From Vulcanimicrobiota bacterium (GTDB lineage Bacteria > Vulcanimicrobiota > Vulcanimicrobiia > Vulcanimicrobiales > Vulcanimicrobiaceae): DNA of 64,000 nt. Below the pieces are notes generated by a model that did no database searches, had not been told where the DNA came from, and saw only the letters and a program-made list of their open reading frames with translations. This document shows positions 36,318-48,300 of the stretch, one piece after another. The DNA is taken from the NCBI GenBank assembly GCA_963695225.1, contig OY968762.1, positions 1,344,001-1,408,000 on the forward strand, written 5' to 3'. Position numbers and translations under genes: made by a program. Position 1 is the first letter of the stretch; the number at the start of each line of letters is the position of its first letter.

Positions 36318-38207
36318 ATGGCCAAAGTGGTCGGCATCGACCTGGGCACGACGAACTCCGTCGTTGCCGTCATGGAAGGGCAGACGCCCTCCGTCATCGC
36401 GAATTCCGAAGGCAGCCGGACGACCCCGTCCGTCGTCGCCTTCACGAAGACCGGCGAACGCCTCGTGGGGCAACTCGCCAAACGCCAAGCCGTTACGAAC
36501 ACCGAGCGGACGATCTCCTCGATCAAGCGACAGATGGGGACCGACCACAAGGTCAAGATCGACGGCAAGGACTACACGCCGCAAGAGATCTCGGCGATGG
36601 TGCTGCAGAAGCTCGTCAACGACGCTTCGACCTACCTCGGCGAGCGCGTGACGAAAGCGGTCGTCACCGTCCCGGCCTATTTCAACGACGCTCAACGCCA
36701 AGCGACGAAGGACGCGGGGAAGATCGCCGGGCTCGAAGTCCTGCGCATCATCAACGAGCCGACGGCTGCGGCGCTCGCCTACGGACTCGATAAGAAGGGC
36801 CAAGAGAAGATCCTCGTTTGGGACCTCGGCGGCGGAACGTTCGACGTTTCGATCCTCGAAGTCGGCGACGGCGTTTTCGAAGTGCTCTCGACGAACGGCG
36901 ACACGCATCTCGGCGGCGACGACTACGACCTCCGCGTCGTCAACTTCCTCGTCTCCGAATTCCGCAAGGACCAGGGGATCGATCTCTCGAGCGACCGCCA
37001 GGCGATGCAACGCCTCACCGAGGCAGCCGAGAAGGCGAAGATCGAGCTCTCGTCGGTCGTCCAGACGAACATCAACCTGCCGTTCATCACGGCGAACGCC
37101 GAGGGGCCCAAGCATCTCGACATGACGCTGACGCGGGCCAAGTTCGAAGAGCTGACGAGCGATCTCACGGATCGCCAGATCGGGCCGTTCAAGGCCGCCC
37201 TCGGCGACGCGAAGCTCGACATCTCGGCGATCGACGAGGTCGTCATGGTCGGCGGCTCGACGCGCATGCCCTGCGTGCAGGAACTCGTTCGCAAGCTCAC
37301 CGGCAAAGAACTCAACCAATCCGTCAACCCGGATGAAGTCGTGGCGATCGGCGCCGCGATTCAGGCCGGCGTTCTCGCCGGCGAAGTTCGCGACGTCGTC
37401 TTGCTCGACGTGACGCCCCTTTCGCTCGGGCTCGAGACGCTCGGCGGCGTGAACACGAAGCTGATCGAGCGGAACACGACGATCCCGACGAAGAAGTCGC
37501 AAGTCTTCACCACGGCCGAGGACGGCCAAACGTCGGTCGACATCCACGTGCTGCAAGGCGAACGCGACATGGCCGCCGACAACAAGACGCTCGGCCGTTT
37601 CCGCCTCGAAGGCATCCCCGCGGCTCCGCGCGGAATCCCGCAGATCGAAGTGACGTTCAACATCGATGCGAACGGCATCGTGAACGTCGCCGCAAAAGAT
37701 CTTGGGACCGGGAGGGAACAGCAGATCACGATTACCGCGTCGACGAACCTGAACAAGGCGGAAGTCGATCGGATGGTCCGCGAGGCCGAATCCGCCCGCG
37801 CCGACGATCAGCGCAAGAAGGACGAAGCGGAGGTCCGCAACCAAGCCTCGAGCCTGATCTATTCGACGGAGAAATCGCTCAAGGAAGTCGGCGACAAGCT
37901 CGACGCGGCCGCGAAGGGAGACGTCGAGGCGGCTCTCGCCGAACTCAAGCGCGTCAGCGACAACGGCACTTCGGCCGAGATCAAGGCCGCGACCGAGAAG
38001 CTCCAGCAGAGCTCGTACAAGATGGCGGAGCTGCTCTACCAGAAGGCGGGCGGCGGCGGCCAGACCGACGGCGCAGCGCCGGGCGGAGCGAACGGTGCCG
38101 GAACCGGAACCGGAACCGGAGCCGGAGCCGGTGCGGGTGCGGGTACCGGTGCGGCTGCGGGCCCGAGCGACGACGTCATCGACGCCGAGTTCAAGGAATC
38201 GAAGTAA
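36318..38207 (+). CDS. dnaK: Chaperone DnaK (Hsp70)
   Basis: [45 protein letters not shown]. Confidence 0.99.
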   Translation: MAKVVGIDLGTTNSVVAVMEGQTPSVIANSEGSRTTPSVVAFTKTGERLVGQLAKRQAVTNTERTISSIKRQMGTDHKVKIDGKDYTPQEISAMVLQKLVNDASTYLGERVTKAVVTVPAYFNDAQRQATKDAGKIAGLEVLRIINEPTAAALAYGLDKKGQEKILVWDLGGGTFDVSILEVGDGVFEVLSTNGDTHLGGDDYDLRVVNFLVSEFRKDQGIDLSSDRQAMQRLTEAAEKAKIELSSVVQTNINLPFITANAEGPKHLDMTLTRAKFEELTSDLTDRQIGPFKAALGDAKLDISAIDEVVMVGGSTRMPCVQELVRKLTGKELNQSVNPDEVVAIGAAIQAGVLAGEVRDVVLLDVTPLSLGLETLGGVNTKLIERNTTIPTKKSQVFTTAEDGQTSVDIHVLQGERDMAADNKTLGRFRLEGIPAAPRGIPQIEVTFNIDANGIVNVAAKDLGTGREQQITITASTNLNKAEVDRMVREAESARADDQRKKDEAEVRNQASSLIYSTEKSLKEVGDKLDAAAKGDVEAALAELKRVSDNGTSAEIKAATEKLQQSSYKMAELLYQKAGGGGQTDGAAPGGANGAGTGTGTGAGAGAGAGTGAAAGPSDDVIDAEFKESK

Positions 38208-38224
38208 CACCGCCGATCACACGA

Positions 38225-38261
38225 TGCGCGCCGGTGCCCGCACGGCGCCGGCGCGCACTTT
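38225..38261 (+). terminator. GC-rich hairpin between dnaK and grpE (partial terminator or mRNA stabiliser)
   Basis: TGCGCGCCGGTGCC-CGCAC-GGCGCCGGCGCGCA followed by CTTT. Confidence 0.55.
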
Positions 38262-38274
38262 GAGGTTTAAGAGC

Positions 38275-38829
38275 ATGGAGATCGACGCACAGCACGCCGA
38301 CGCATCCGACGTCGTCACGACGCGCGATGCGCGCACGGAGGCGGCCGCCGGCGATGCGGCCGCGCGCGAGGCGGAGCTGCTGGCACAATTGGAAGAAGCT
38401 AACGCCCGCGCGAAAGAGCATTACGACAGCGCGCTCTACGCGGTCGCGGAGTTCGAGAACTACAAGAAGCGCGCGCAGCGCCAAGTCGTCGACCAGTTGA
38501 AGCACGGCAAGAAAGCGATCCTCGCGAGATTCCTGCCCGTGATCGACAACCTCGAGCGGGCGCTCGCGCTCGAAATCCCGCCGGGCGGTTTGAAGGACGG
38601 CCTGGATGCCACGCTGCGCGGGTTCGAGAGCGCCCTCGAGAGCGAGAACGTGAAGCCGCTCTCGCTCGTCGGAACGCCGTTCGATCCCCGCGTGGCGGAA
38701 GCGATCGGCACGCGCGAATCCGCGGATGTGGAGGATGACACGGTCCTCGAAGTGGCCCGGCGCGGCTACGCGATCGGCGACGACCTGCTGCGGCCGGCGC
38801 TCGTGATCGTGTCGAAGAAACCCGCGTGA
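38275..38829 (+). CDS. grpE: Nucleotide exchange factor GrpE
   Basis: [38 protein letters not shown]; follows dnaK. Confidence 0.95.
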   Translation: MEIDAQHADASDVVTTRDARTEAAAGDAAAREAELLAQLEEANARAKEHYDSALYAVAEFENYKKRAQRQVVDQLKHGKKAILARFLPVIDNLERALALEIPPGGLKDGLDATLRGFESALESENVKPLSLVGTPFDPRVAEAIGTRESADVEDDTVLEVARRGYAIGDDLLRPALVIVSKKPA

Positions 38830-39854
38830 ACTACAAGGACTACTATCAAACCCTCGGCGTCCCGAAAAACGCGGCTCAGAAAGACATCAAGTCCGCGTAC
38901 CGCAAGCTCGCGCGCAAATGGCATCCCGATGCGAATCTGGAGAACAAGAGCGCCGCCGAGGAAAAGTTCAAGGAGATCCAAGAGGCCTACGAAGTTCTGG
39001 GCGACGCCGAGAAGCGCGCCAAGTACGACGCGCTGGGCAGCGATTGGCAGCGGGCCGCGCAGCAGGCGGAGGCGCAGCGCCGGTACCGCGCGTCGCAAAC
39101 GGAGCCCGGGTTCGATTTCGGCGGGTTCGAAGGGGGCGGCGCCCCGCACGGCGCGCCAAGCGGCTTCTCGGATTTCTTCGACTCGTTCTTTTCGAACGTC
39201 GGGCGCCGGCCGGGCCCCGCGCGCGGCGTCGCGCAGCGCGGCGGCGACCTCGAAACCACGATCGACCTGACGCTCGCGGAAGCCTTCGCAGGCGGGACGA
39301 AATCCGTCGCTCTGCACGTCGAGGACGCGTGCGCGACCTGCGGCGGAACCGGCGTAGAACGCGGCACGCAGCAAATCTGCCGGGTCTGTCACGGGACGGG
39401 GCGGACCGTCGCCACGAAGCGGTTCGACGTCACGATCCCAAAAGGCATCCGGGCGGGGCAGCGGATTCGCCTAGCCGGACAAGGGAGCCGCGGCACGGGA
39501 GGCGGGCCGAACGGCGACCTCTATCTCGTCGTGCAGTTTGCCGAGGACCCGCGCTATCAACGCAAGGGCGACGATCTCTACATCGACCTCCCGGTCAACA
39601 TCTACGATCTCGTGCTCGGCGGCGAAGTGACGGTCCCGACGATGACGGGCAACGTCTCGATGACGATCAAGCCGGGGATGCAAAACAATCAAACCGTACG
39701 CCTCGCCGGAAAAGGGATGCCGAAACCGAAGGGCGCCGGGCACGGCGACCAATACGTCCGCCTCGTCGGCCTGTTGCCGACGAAGCTCAGCGATGCGGAG
39801 CGGCGGCTGTTCCGAGAGCTCGCTGCGTTGCGGAACGGCTCGGCGACGCACTAG
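38826..39854 (+). CDS. dnaJ: DnaJ-family co-chaperone with J domain, two CxxCxGxG repeats and DnaJ_C
   Basis: [42 protein letters not shown] overlap with grpE. Confidence 0.9.
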   Translation: MNYKDYYQTLGVPKNAAQKDIKSAYRKLARKWHPDANLENKSAAEEKFKEIQEAYEVLGDAEKRAKYDALGSDWQRAAQQAEAQRRYRASQTEPGFDFGGFEGGGAPHGAPSGFSDFFDSFFSNVGRRPGPARGVAQRGGDLETTIDLTLAEAFAGGTKSVALHVEDACATCGGTGVERGTQQICRVCHGTGRTVATKRFDVTIPKGIRAGQRIRLAGQGSRGTGGGPNGDLYLVVQFAEDPRYQRKGDDLYIDLPVNIYDLVLGGEVTVPTMTGNVSMTIKPGMQNNQTVRLAGKGMPKPKGAGHGDQYVRLVGLLPTKLSDAERRLFRELAALRNGSATH

Positions 39855-39919
39855 CCGCCGGCTTCCGGCGCAGTGCCGCGGCACGTTTCGAAGCGCTTGG
39901 GCCGGGTATTAGCCGAAAC

Positions 39920-41056
39920 ATGGGATCGCAGAGCCCCCCTGGGAAGAACATCCGCGTGGGCCTTCTCGGCGCCGGAGGCTTCAGCGTGTTCGCCTCCCAG
40001 CATTTCGCGCGCGTCGCGGGCGCCGAGATTGCCGGCGTCGCCGATCTCAACCCCGTTCCGGCGCTCGCGATCGCGGAGCGCTTCGGCCTCGGCACGCCCG
40101 ACGACGTGGCGGGGTTGCTCGCGCGCGACGATATCGATCTGATCTACATCTCGACCCCGCCGTTCTTGCATCACGAGCAGTCGATGGCGGCGTTGCGCGC
40201 CGGCAAGCACGTGATCGTCGAGAAACCGACGGCGTTGACGCTCGCCGAGGCCGACGAAATGATCGCGCTCGCCGGCCGAACCGGCCGCTTGATGGTCACC
40301 GACCTGATGCAGCGCTACAATCCCCTCTTCGACGCGGTCGCCGAACTCGTCCGGCGCAAGCCGCTCGGCGAGTTCTTGCACGGCTACTTCGAGAACTACG
40401 CCGGGGACGAAGGGCTCGGCCCCGAGCATTGGTTCTGGGACCGCTCGCGCAGCGGCGGCATCTTCATCGAACACGTCGTGCACTTCTTCGATATGTTCGC
40501 GGGCTGGCTCGGCGAAGGCGAAGTGATCGCCGCCCAGCGTACGCTGCGCCCCGGGAGCGGGATCGAGGAGCAGACGAACTGCACGATCCGCTATCGCGAC
40601 GGGATGCTCGTGAACATGTACAACGGGTTCACGCAAGCGAACCGGCTCGATCGCCAAGAGACGCGGCTGCTCTTCGAGCGCGGCGACCTCACGCTCGACG
40701 GCTGGATCCCGATCCGCGCGCGCATTCGCGCGCTGGCGAACGGCCCCGGCCTCGCGGAGTTGACCGCCCTGTTCCCGCTTGCGGACGTAAGGATCGAGCC
40801 GATCCGGCCCGGCGAGCTCGCCCCGAGCCGCGCCCGCCAAAAGCCGCTCGCGGTCGATCGCTCGGTCGAGCTCGACGAGGGGCTCGGCACCGACAAATCG
40901 CAGCGCTACGGGGAGATGCTGCGGGCGATGCTCGCCGACCAAATCGGCTGGATCCGGGACCCGAGCCGCCGGCGCAAGATCACGGAAGAGAACGGCCGCG
41001 CCTCGCTGGCGATGGCCGTCCGCGCGACGCAGCTTGCAGATCTCGCGGAGGCGTGA
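39920..41056 (+). CDS. Gfo/Idh/MocA family oxidoreductase
   Basis: IRVGLLGAG, YISTPP, AGKHVIVEKP, SGGIFIEHVVHFFD. Confidence 0.92.
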   Translation: MGSQSPPGKNIRVGLLGAGGFSVFASQHFARVAGAEIAGVADLNPVPALAIAERFGLGTPDDVAGLLARDDIDLIYISTPPFLHHEQSMAALRAGKHVIVEKPTALTLAEADEMIALAGRTGRLMVTDLMQRYNPLFDAVAELVRRKPLGEFLHGYFENYAGDEGLGPEHWFWDRSRSGGIFIEHVVHFFDMFAGWLGEGEVIAAQRTLRPGSGIEEQTNCTIRYRDGMLVNMYNGFTQANRLDRQETRLLFERGDLTLDGWIPIRARIRALANGPGLAELTALFPLADVRIEPIRPGELAPSRARQKPLAVDRSVELDEGLGTDKSQRYGEMLRAMLADQIGWIRDPSRRRKITEENGRASLAMAVRATQLADLAEA

Positions 41057-41105
41057 CCCGGCGGCGGCGAGCAACCCTCCGCGGCGCCTCAAGGTCTAAC
41101 GGCAT

Positions 41106-42938
41106 GTGTTAGGCGGCCCTCCAGTCCACTTGATGTGGTCCTCCATGTTCAACCCCGACAAGCCGCAGGTCAGGCGACCGGTGGAATGGCGGCGCATCGG
41201 CGCGCTCTTCCTGCCCTACTGGCGGAAGGAAGCGGCAGTGCTCGCCTGCATCCTGGTCGGGGCGCTCTTAGGGCTCGGGCCGACGATCTTCACGAAGTGG
41301 CTGATCGACGACGCGCTCGCCCGGCGCGACTCGACGGCGCTCGCGCTCGACGTCGGCGGCATGGTGGCGGCGGCGATCGTCGCCGGGCTGATCGGAGTCT
41401 ACCAGGGCTTCCTGAACTCGTACGTGGGCGAAGGGATCATGCGGGACATGCGGACGAACCTCGTCTCGCATCTCCACCGCATGCCGATCTCGTTCTTCAC
41501 GGGCACGAAGACCGGCGAGATCATGAATCGCGTCTCGAGCGACGTCGACAACATCGACAACGTCGTGACCGGCACGCTCGTGACGATCGTGACGAACGTC
41601 GCCGTCATGCTGACGACGATCGCGACGATGTTCTTCCTCGATTGGCGCCTCGCGCTCTTGGCGCTCGCGGTCGTCCCGTTCATGATCCTTCCCCTCGGTC
41701 CCGTGGGCCGGCGGATGTACGACATCCGCAAACTCACTCGCGAAAAGCGCGACCAGATCGAGAGCATCACGCAAGAGACGCTCTCGATCTCAGGGATCAC
41801 GCTGATCAAATCGTTCGTGCGCGAGTCGTTCGAAGGGAAGCGCTTCTACGCGGCCGGGACGGATCTGATGACGCTCGAGATCCGGCTCGCCATGGTCGGG
41901 CGCTGGTTCATCGCGGCGATCACGGCGATGGTCGTGATCGGCCCGGCGATCGTGTGGCTCGCCGGCGGATACCTCGCGATCAAGGGAGCGCTGACGATCG
42001 GGACGATCGTTGCGTTCGTGACGTTGCTCGGCCGCCTCTACTCGCCCGCTTCGAGCCTCGCGAGCGTCCAAGTGCAGATCGTCAGCGCGCTCGCCGTCTT
42101 CGAGCGAATCTTCGAATACCTCGACATGACCCCGGAGGGCGCGCTCGATGCCGAGCGTCCCGGCGGCGGGCGCTTGCTTCCGACCGTGCGCGGCGAGATC
42201 CGCTTCGAGGACGTGCACTTCTCCTATTCGCCGGAGCGCAGCGCGCTCAACGGCGTGACGCTCACGATCGAGCCGGGGCAGGTCGCGGCCCTCGTCGGGC
42301 CTTCCGGCGCGGGGAAGACGACGATCACACAACTCGTACCGCGTTTCTACGACCCCACGTCCGGCGTCGTCCGTATCGACGGGATCGACGCGCGCGATCT
42401 GGACCTGCAATCCTTGCGTTCGCACATCGGAATCGTCACGCAAGAGACCTACCTCTTCCACGATACGATTTTGGCGAATCTCCGCTACGGCCGCATCGAC
42501 GCCTCGCAAGAGGATATCGAACGGGCCGCCCGCGCCGCGAACATCCACGAGTTCATCGCAAGCCTGCCCGACGGATACGCGACGATCGTCGGCGAGCGCG
42601 GGCATAAGCTCTCCGGCGGCGAGCGCCAACGCCTCGCGATCGCGCGCGTCCTGCTGAAGGACCCGCGCATCCTGATCCTCGACGAAGCGACGAGCGCGCT
42701 CGATTCCCACAACGAAGCGCTCATCCAAGACGCCCTCGTCCCGTTGATGGCGGGCCGGACGAGCCTCGTGATCGCGCACCGGCTCTCGACGATCCTCTCC
42801 GCCGACGCGATCTTCGTCGTCGAGAACGGGCGCATCGCAGAGCACGGGACGCATGCGGAATTGCTCGCGCGCGGCGGAAGCTATGCTTCGCTCTACTGGA
42901 CCCAGTTCCGCGAACAGGCACCGGCGGTCGGCGCGTAG
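41106..42938 (+). CDS. Fused ABC exporter (TMD + NBD, MsbA/MdlB-like)
   Basis: 6-TM domain, GPSGAGKTT, LSGGERQRLAIAR, ILDEATSALD, IAHRLST. Confidence 0.93.
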   Translation: MLGGPPVHLMWSSMFNPDKPQVRRPVEWRRIGALFLPYWRKEAAVLACILVGALLGLGPTIFTKWLIDDALARRDSTALALDVGGMVAAAIVAGLIGVYQGFLNSYVGEGIMRDMRTNLVSHLHRMPISFFTGTKTGEIMNRVSSDVDNIDNVVTGTLVTIVTNVAVMLTTIATMFFLDWRLALLALAVVPFMILPLGPVGRRMYDIRKLTREKRDQIESITQETLSISGITLIKSFVRESFEGKRFYAAGTDLMTLEIRLAMVGRWFIAAITAMVVIGPAIVWLAGGYLAIKGALTIGTIVAFVTLLGRLYSPASSLASVQVQIVSALAVFERIFEYLDMTPEGALDAERPGGGRLLPTVRGEIRFEDVHFSYSPERSALNGVTLTIEPGQVAALVGPSGAGKTTITQLVPRFYDPTSGVVRIDGIDARDLDLQSLRSHIGIVTQETYLFHDTILANLRYGRIDASQEDIERAARAANIHEFIASLPDGYATIVGERGHKLSGGERQRLAIARVLLKDPRILILDEATSALDSHNEALIQDALVPLMAGRTSLVIAHRLSTILSADAIFVVENGRIAEHGTHAELLARGGSYASLYWTQFREQAPAVGA

Positions 42939-42952
42939 CACTTCAGGCGTCG

Positions 42953-43678
42953 ATGGAGAGTTCGGCGCGCAACCTCCTCGAGGTCGTCGGTTTGACGAAG
43001 CGTTTCGGCGCGCGCGCCGCCGTCGACGGCCTCTCGTTCGTCCTCGAGCGGGGCGAAATATTGGGTTTGCTCGGCCCCAACGGCGCCGGGAAGACGACGA
43101 CGCTGCTGTGCCTGTGCGGCCTGCTTCGGCCTGATTCCGGAGAGCTGCGCTTCGAGGGAAAACCGCTCGCGGGCGAACGCGGCCGATCGATCGCGCTGAT
43201 CCCCGAGACGCCGGACGTCTACCCGATGCTCAGCGTGTGGGAACATTTGATCTTCGTCGCGCGCAGCACGAACCTCCCGGCCGGTTGGGAGGCGCGCGCC
43301 GGCGAGCTCCTCGCCCGATTGGGCATGACGGCGCAGCGCGACGTCCTCGGGAACGCACTCTCCAAGGGAATGCGCCAGAAGACGCTGATAGCTGCGACGA
43401 TCCTGGCCGACGCGCCTATCCTGTTGCTCGACGAGCCGATGGTCGGGCTCGATCCGAAGGGCCAGCGCGATCTGCACGACTTGATCTTGGAGTTGCGGCG
43501 CGGCGGAACGGCGATCGTCATGAGCACGCACATCATCGAGTCTGCGGAGTCGCTGTGCGACCGCGCGATCATCATGAAGGAAGGCCGCTCGATCGCATCC
43601 GGTCGAATCGCGGAACTGCGCGCGCGGGCGACGGGAGAACGTTCGCTGGAGGAAGCGTTTCTCGAGATCACGGCGTGA
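42953..43678 (+). CDS. ABC transporter ATP-binding protein (EcsA/CcmA-like)
   Basis: GPNGAGKTT, LSKGMRQK, LDEPMVGLDP, STH. Confidence 0.93.
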   Translation: MESSARNLLEVVGLTKRFGARAAVDGLSFVLERGEILGLLGPNGAGKTTTLLCLCGLLRPDSGELRFEGKPLAGERGRSIALIPETPDVYPMLSVWEHLIFVARSTNLPAGWEARAGELLARLGMTAQRDVLGNALSKGMRQKTLIAATILADAPILLLDEPMVGLDPKGQRDLHDLILELRRGGTAIVMSTHIIESAESLCDRAIIMKEGRSIASGRIAELRARATGERSLEEAFLEITA

Positions 43679-45258
43679 GCTTCGACGCTCTCGCCTTCGT
43701 AGAGCTGGCGAGCGCGAGAAACGCCGCGCGCACGATCGCACGCTCTCCGGGCCGGCTCGCGCTCTGGACGCTCGGGATCATCGGATTCGCCGCGCTCCTC
43801 GCGGCGCGCGCGTACCAGGCGCAATTGCACCCGGCTGGGCTCGGACGCGCATTGTCGCACTCGGGCGCGCTCTTGGCGTTCGGGTGGTTCTTCGCCGCCG
43901 TGGGCAGCGCGATCGCGACGGCGGCCGGCGGCACGCTGCGCAGCTTTCGTTCCAGCGCGGAAGCGCGGCTCTTGAGCAGCACCGGTCTCGGAGCGCAGCG
44001 GATCGCCGTGTGGCTGCAGATCCGCGCTGGGACGATCCTCGCCGCGCGTTACGGCGCCTTCATGTTCTTCTACTTCCTCGCGTTCGCGGGGCACGGCTCC
44101 GGCATGCGCGCGCTCGTCGGCGGATTCTTTGCGACGGCCGCCGCCGCGTCGGTCATCCTCGAAGTTCCGCTCCCGGCCTTCTTGCTGGGGCGCCGTCTCG
44201 GCGCACTCCCCGTGGCGGCGTTCGGCTGGAGCGTCGCGGCCGTCGGCGGGCTCTACGCGATCGCCGGGATCGCCGAGATCGGCGAAGCGCCGACCATCGC
44301 GCGGGCGATCCCGGCGGCACTCCGCTTCGATCCCGGTCCGTTCGCGCAGTGGCTGCTCTCCGGCACTCCGGAGGCGCTCGCATTCGCGCTCGCCCTGCCC
44401 CTCGCGCTCACGGCGGCCGTCGTCCCGCTCGCGGCCGGCACGCTTCCCGATCTGTATGCCGCTTCGATGAAGACGCTCGAGACGATCGAGCGGCGGCGCA
44501 GCGGACGGCCCGATTCATCCGCGAGCGCGGGCGTGCACGGCTCGAGGCGCTTGCCGCCTGCCGTTTATAGCGGCGCGAGGACGCTCCTGTGGAGCGATTG
44601 GACGACGTTCCGGCGGACGCGCGGCGCGCTGGCGAAATGGCTCGCGCTCGTTGCGGGATCGGCCGCGCTCGGCGCCTTCGTCCTCCTCGCGGAGCGCTTC
44701 GGGATCGACCGGGGCGAAGCGGCGGGGATTGCCGGCGCCCTTTGGGCGCTCGCATTCCTGATCCCGATCACGGCCTCGATTTCGCTGGCGGACGAGATCG
44801 CGCGCCCCGTTTGGTGGCTCGCGCAAGCCCGCTTGCGCGAGCGGCTCGCGGCCTGGTCGATCGCGCACGCCTGGCGGGGCGCCGTCGCCCTCGGCGCCGG
44901 CCCGGCCCTCCTCGGCGCCGGCTCGGGGGACGTCGCGTTCGCCGTCGCCGCGTTTCCGACCGCATTCGTCCTCTGGTGGTTCTTGACCGTGATCGGCATG
45001 GCATTGTACGCCGCGTTCCCGAGCAGGATCGACGCGAGCGGGCCGGCCTTCCTCCTGCGCTTCGTGCTGCTCTCCGCACTGCTCTTGCCGATGCTCCTCG
45101 CGTTCTCGCTCGCGATGCTCGCGCTCCATTCCGCCACGATCGCCTTCGCGGCGAGCACCGTCGTCGCAGTCGTCGAAACGCTCATTCTGATCGCGTTCGC
45201 GACGTTCCGCATAGGGAACAACGCGGTCGGCCTCGCGCTCTTGGAACGCTCGGCGTGA
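43675..45258 (+). CDS. Putative ABC exporter permease (multi-TM)
   Basis: Highly hydrophobic, GTG 43675 overlaps the ATPase stop (GTGA). Confidence 0.75.
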   Translation: MSFDALAFVELASARNAARTIARSPGRLALWTLGIIGFAALLAARAYQAQLHPAGLGRALSHSGALLAFGWFFAAVGSAIATAAGGTLRSFRSSAEARLLSSTGLGAQRIAVWLQIRAGTILAARYGAFMFFYFLAFAGHGSGMRALVGGFFATAAAASVILEVPLPAFLLGRRLGALPVAAFGWSVAAVGGLYAIAGIAEIGEAPTIARAIPAALRFDPGPFAQWLLSGTPEALAFALALPLALTAAVVPLAAGTLPDLYAASMKTLETIERRRSGRPDSSASAGVHGSRRLPPAVYSGARTLLWSDWTTFRRTRGALAKWLALVAGSAALGAFVLLAERFGIDRGEAAGIAGALWALAFLIPITASISLADEIARPVWWLAQARLRERLAAWSIAHAWRGAVALGAGPALLGAGSGDVAFAVAAFPTAFVLWWFLTVIGMALYAAFPSRIDASGPAFLLRFVLLSALLLPMLLAFSLAMLALHSATIAFAASTVVAVVETLILIAFATFRIGNNAVGLALLERSA

Positions 45259-45316
45259 GCGCGAACGCACCGCGTGGCGGGCGGGGAAACGGCGCCCGGC
45301 TCGAAATGGTTGGCCG

Positions 45317-48300
45317 ATGTTTTCCAGCGTAGTACCACGCCCGGTCCGCCGTCTGCTCGTCGCCAATCGCGGCGAAATTGCGATCCGTATCTTCCGGGCC
45401 GCGACCGAACTCGGAATCGCGACCGTCGCGATCTACTCGCACGAGGACCGCTTCGCGCTGCACCGCTTCAAAGCAGACGAGAGCTACTTGGTCGGCACCG
45501 GCAAAGGGCCGGTGCAAGCGTACCTGGATACCGCGGACATCTTGCGCGTCGCGCGCGAGGCGCACGTCGACGCGATCCATCCCGGTTACGGCTTCAACTC
45601 CGAGAATCCGGCGTTCGCGGAAGCGTGCGCCGCCGCGGGCATCGCGTTCGTCGGCCCGAGCCCGGACGTGATGCGCAGGCTCGGCGGGAAAGTCGAAGCG
45701 CGCGAGATCGCGCGCTCCGTCGGCGTTCCGACGCTGCCCGCGACGGGGGCGCTCCCCGCGGATCCGGAGGGCGTAGTAGCCGCCGCCGAGGCGATCGGCT
45801 TGCCCGTGATGCTCAAGGCGAGTTGGGGCGGCGGCGGGCGCGGGATGCGGATGATCGAGGATCCCGCCGAGCTCGTGCGCTCCGTCGAGGCCGGCCGCAG
45901 CGAAGCGCTCGCCGCGTTCGGGAACGGCGAGGTCTACCTCGAGAAGTTCCTGCGGCGCGCGCAGCACATCGAGGTGCAAGTGCTCGGCGATCTGCACGGC
46001 AACGTCGTGCACCTCTTCGAACGCGATTGTTCGATCCAACGCCGGAATCAGAAGGTCGTCGAACAGGCGCCGGCTCCGTTCATCTCGCCGGAGTTGCGCG
46101 CAGGGCTTTGCGAAGCCGCCGTCACGCTCGTGCGCAGCGTCGGATACTCGAGCGCCGGGACCGCCGAGTTCCTCGTCGATGCCGAGACGGGCGCGTTCTA
46201 TTTCATCGAAGTGAACCCGCGCATCCAAGTCGAGCACACGGTCACCGAGGTCGTCACCGGCGTCGATCTGATCAAGGCGCAGATCCGCATCGCCGAAGGC
46301 GCCCGCATCGGCGATGCGGAGAGCGGCGTCCCGCCGCAGGGCGAGATCGTCACCGAAGGCTTCGCGATGCAATGCCGCGTGACGACGGAGAATCCGGAAC
46401 GCGGCTTCGCCCCCGATTACGGCGCGATCACGGCATACCGGCCTGCGGCTGGCTTCGGGATTCGCCTCGACGGCGCGACCGCCTACTCGGGTGCGGTCAT
46501 CACGCCCTACTACGATTCCCTCTTGGAAAAAGTCACCGCCTGGGCGCCCACGCGCGAGGAGACGCGGATGCGGATGCTGCGCGCGCTGCGGGAGTTCCGC
46601 GTGCGCGGCGTCTCGACGAACTTGAGCTACCTCGAGGCGTTGCTTTCGCATCCGCGCTTCCGCAGCGGCGACTACAGCACGCGCTTCATCGACGAGACGC
46701 CCGAGCTCACGCAGTTCCTCCCATCGCGCGACCGCGCGACGCGCCTGCTCTCGTTCTTGAGCGAAGTCCTCGTCAACGGCAACCCCGAGGTCGCGGGGCG
46801 CCCGCGCGTGGAGATCGTCCCCGCCCCGCGCGTCCCCGCCGCGCACCGCGAGTCTGGGGAAGCGGGAACGAAACAGCTCCTGGAACGCCTCGGCCCCGAT
46901 GGTTTCACGGCCTGGATGCGCGCGCAGGAGCGCACGCTCGTCACCGATACGACGTTCCGCGACGCGCATCAGTCGCTCTTGGCGACGCGCTTCCGCACGA
47001 AGGACATGCTCGCGATCGCACCGATCTACGCGCGCGATCTCCCGAATCTGTTTTCGCTCGAGTGTTGGGGCGGGGCGACGTTCGACGTCGCGATGCGCTT
47101 TCTCAAGGAGGATCCGTGGGCCCGGCTCGCCTCGATGCGCGAGGCGGTGCCGAACATCTTGCTGCAGATGCTCCTGCGCGGGGCGAATGCCGTCGGGTAC
47201 AAGAACTATCCCGACAACGTCGTGCGGCATTTCATCGCGCAAGCCGCCGACGCCGGCGTCGATCTCTTCCGCGTCTTCGACTCGCTGAACTGGATCGAGA
47301 ACATGCGCGTCTCGATCGACGCGATCCGCGAGAGCGGGAAGCTCTGCGAAGCGGCGATCTGCTACAGCGGCGACATCGACGATCCCAAGCGCCCGAAGTA
47401 CAACCTGCGCTACTACGTCGAGCTCGCGAAAGAGCTCGAGAAGGCGGGCGCGCAGATCCTCGGGATCAAGGACATGGCCGGCGTTTGCCGGCCGTACGCG
47501 GCGCGCCAGCTGATCGCGGCGCTGCGCGAGGAGATCGGCATCCCGATCCACTTCCACACGCACGACACGAGCGGGAACGCGGGCGCGAGCGTCCTCGCCG
47601 CGGTCGAAGCCGGTTGCGACGCCGTCGACGGCGCGCTCGATTCGATGAGCGGCTTCACCTCGCAGCCGAATCTCGGCTCGATCGTCGCCGCACTCGAGCA
47701 CACCCGGCACTCCACCCAACTCGACCGCGCCGCACTGACGCGCATCTCGACGTACTGGGGCGAAGTCCGCAAGCAATATGCCGCTTTCGAAAGCGAGCTG
47801 CGTTCGGGCTCGTCCGACGTCTACGTGCACGAGATGCCGGGCGGCCAATACACGAATCTGCAGGAGCAGGCGAAGGCGCTCGGCATCGCGGACCGCTGGC
47901 CCGAAGTCGTGACCACGTATCACGACGTCAGCATGGCTTTCGGCGACATCGTCAAGGTGACGCCGACGTCGAAGGTCGTCGGCGACATGTCGCTCTACAT
48001 GCTGACGAGCGGCATCACCGTCGCGGACGTCCTCGATCCGAAGAAGGACGTTTCGTTCCCGGCTTCGGTCGTCGAGTTGTTCGCGGGCGAACTCGGCCAG
48101 ACGCCGGGCGGATTCCCCGAAGCGTTGCAGCGGAAGGTGCTGCGCGGCCGCAAGCCGCTCGTGGGCCGCCCCGGCGAGACGCTACCGCCCGCGAACCTCG
48201 AGGCCGAACGCGCGGCCGTCGAAAAGGCAACGGAACGCAAGCCCAACGAGCGCGACCTCGCGTCGTATCTGATGTATCCGGACGTCTACGTGACGTACGC

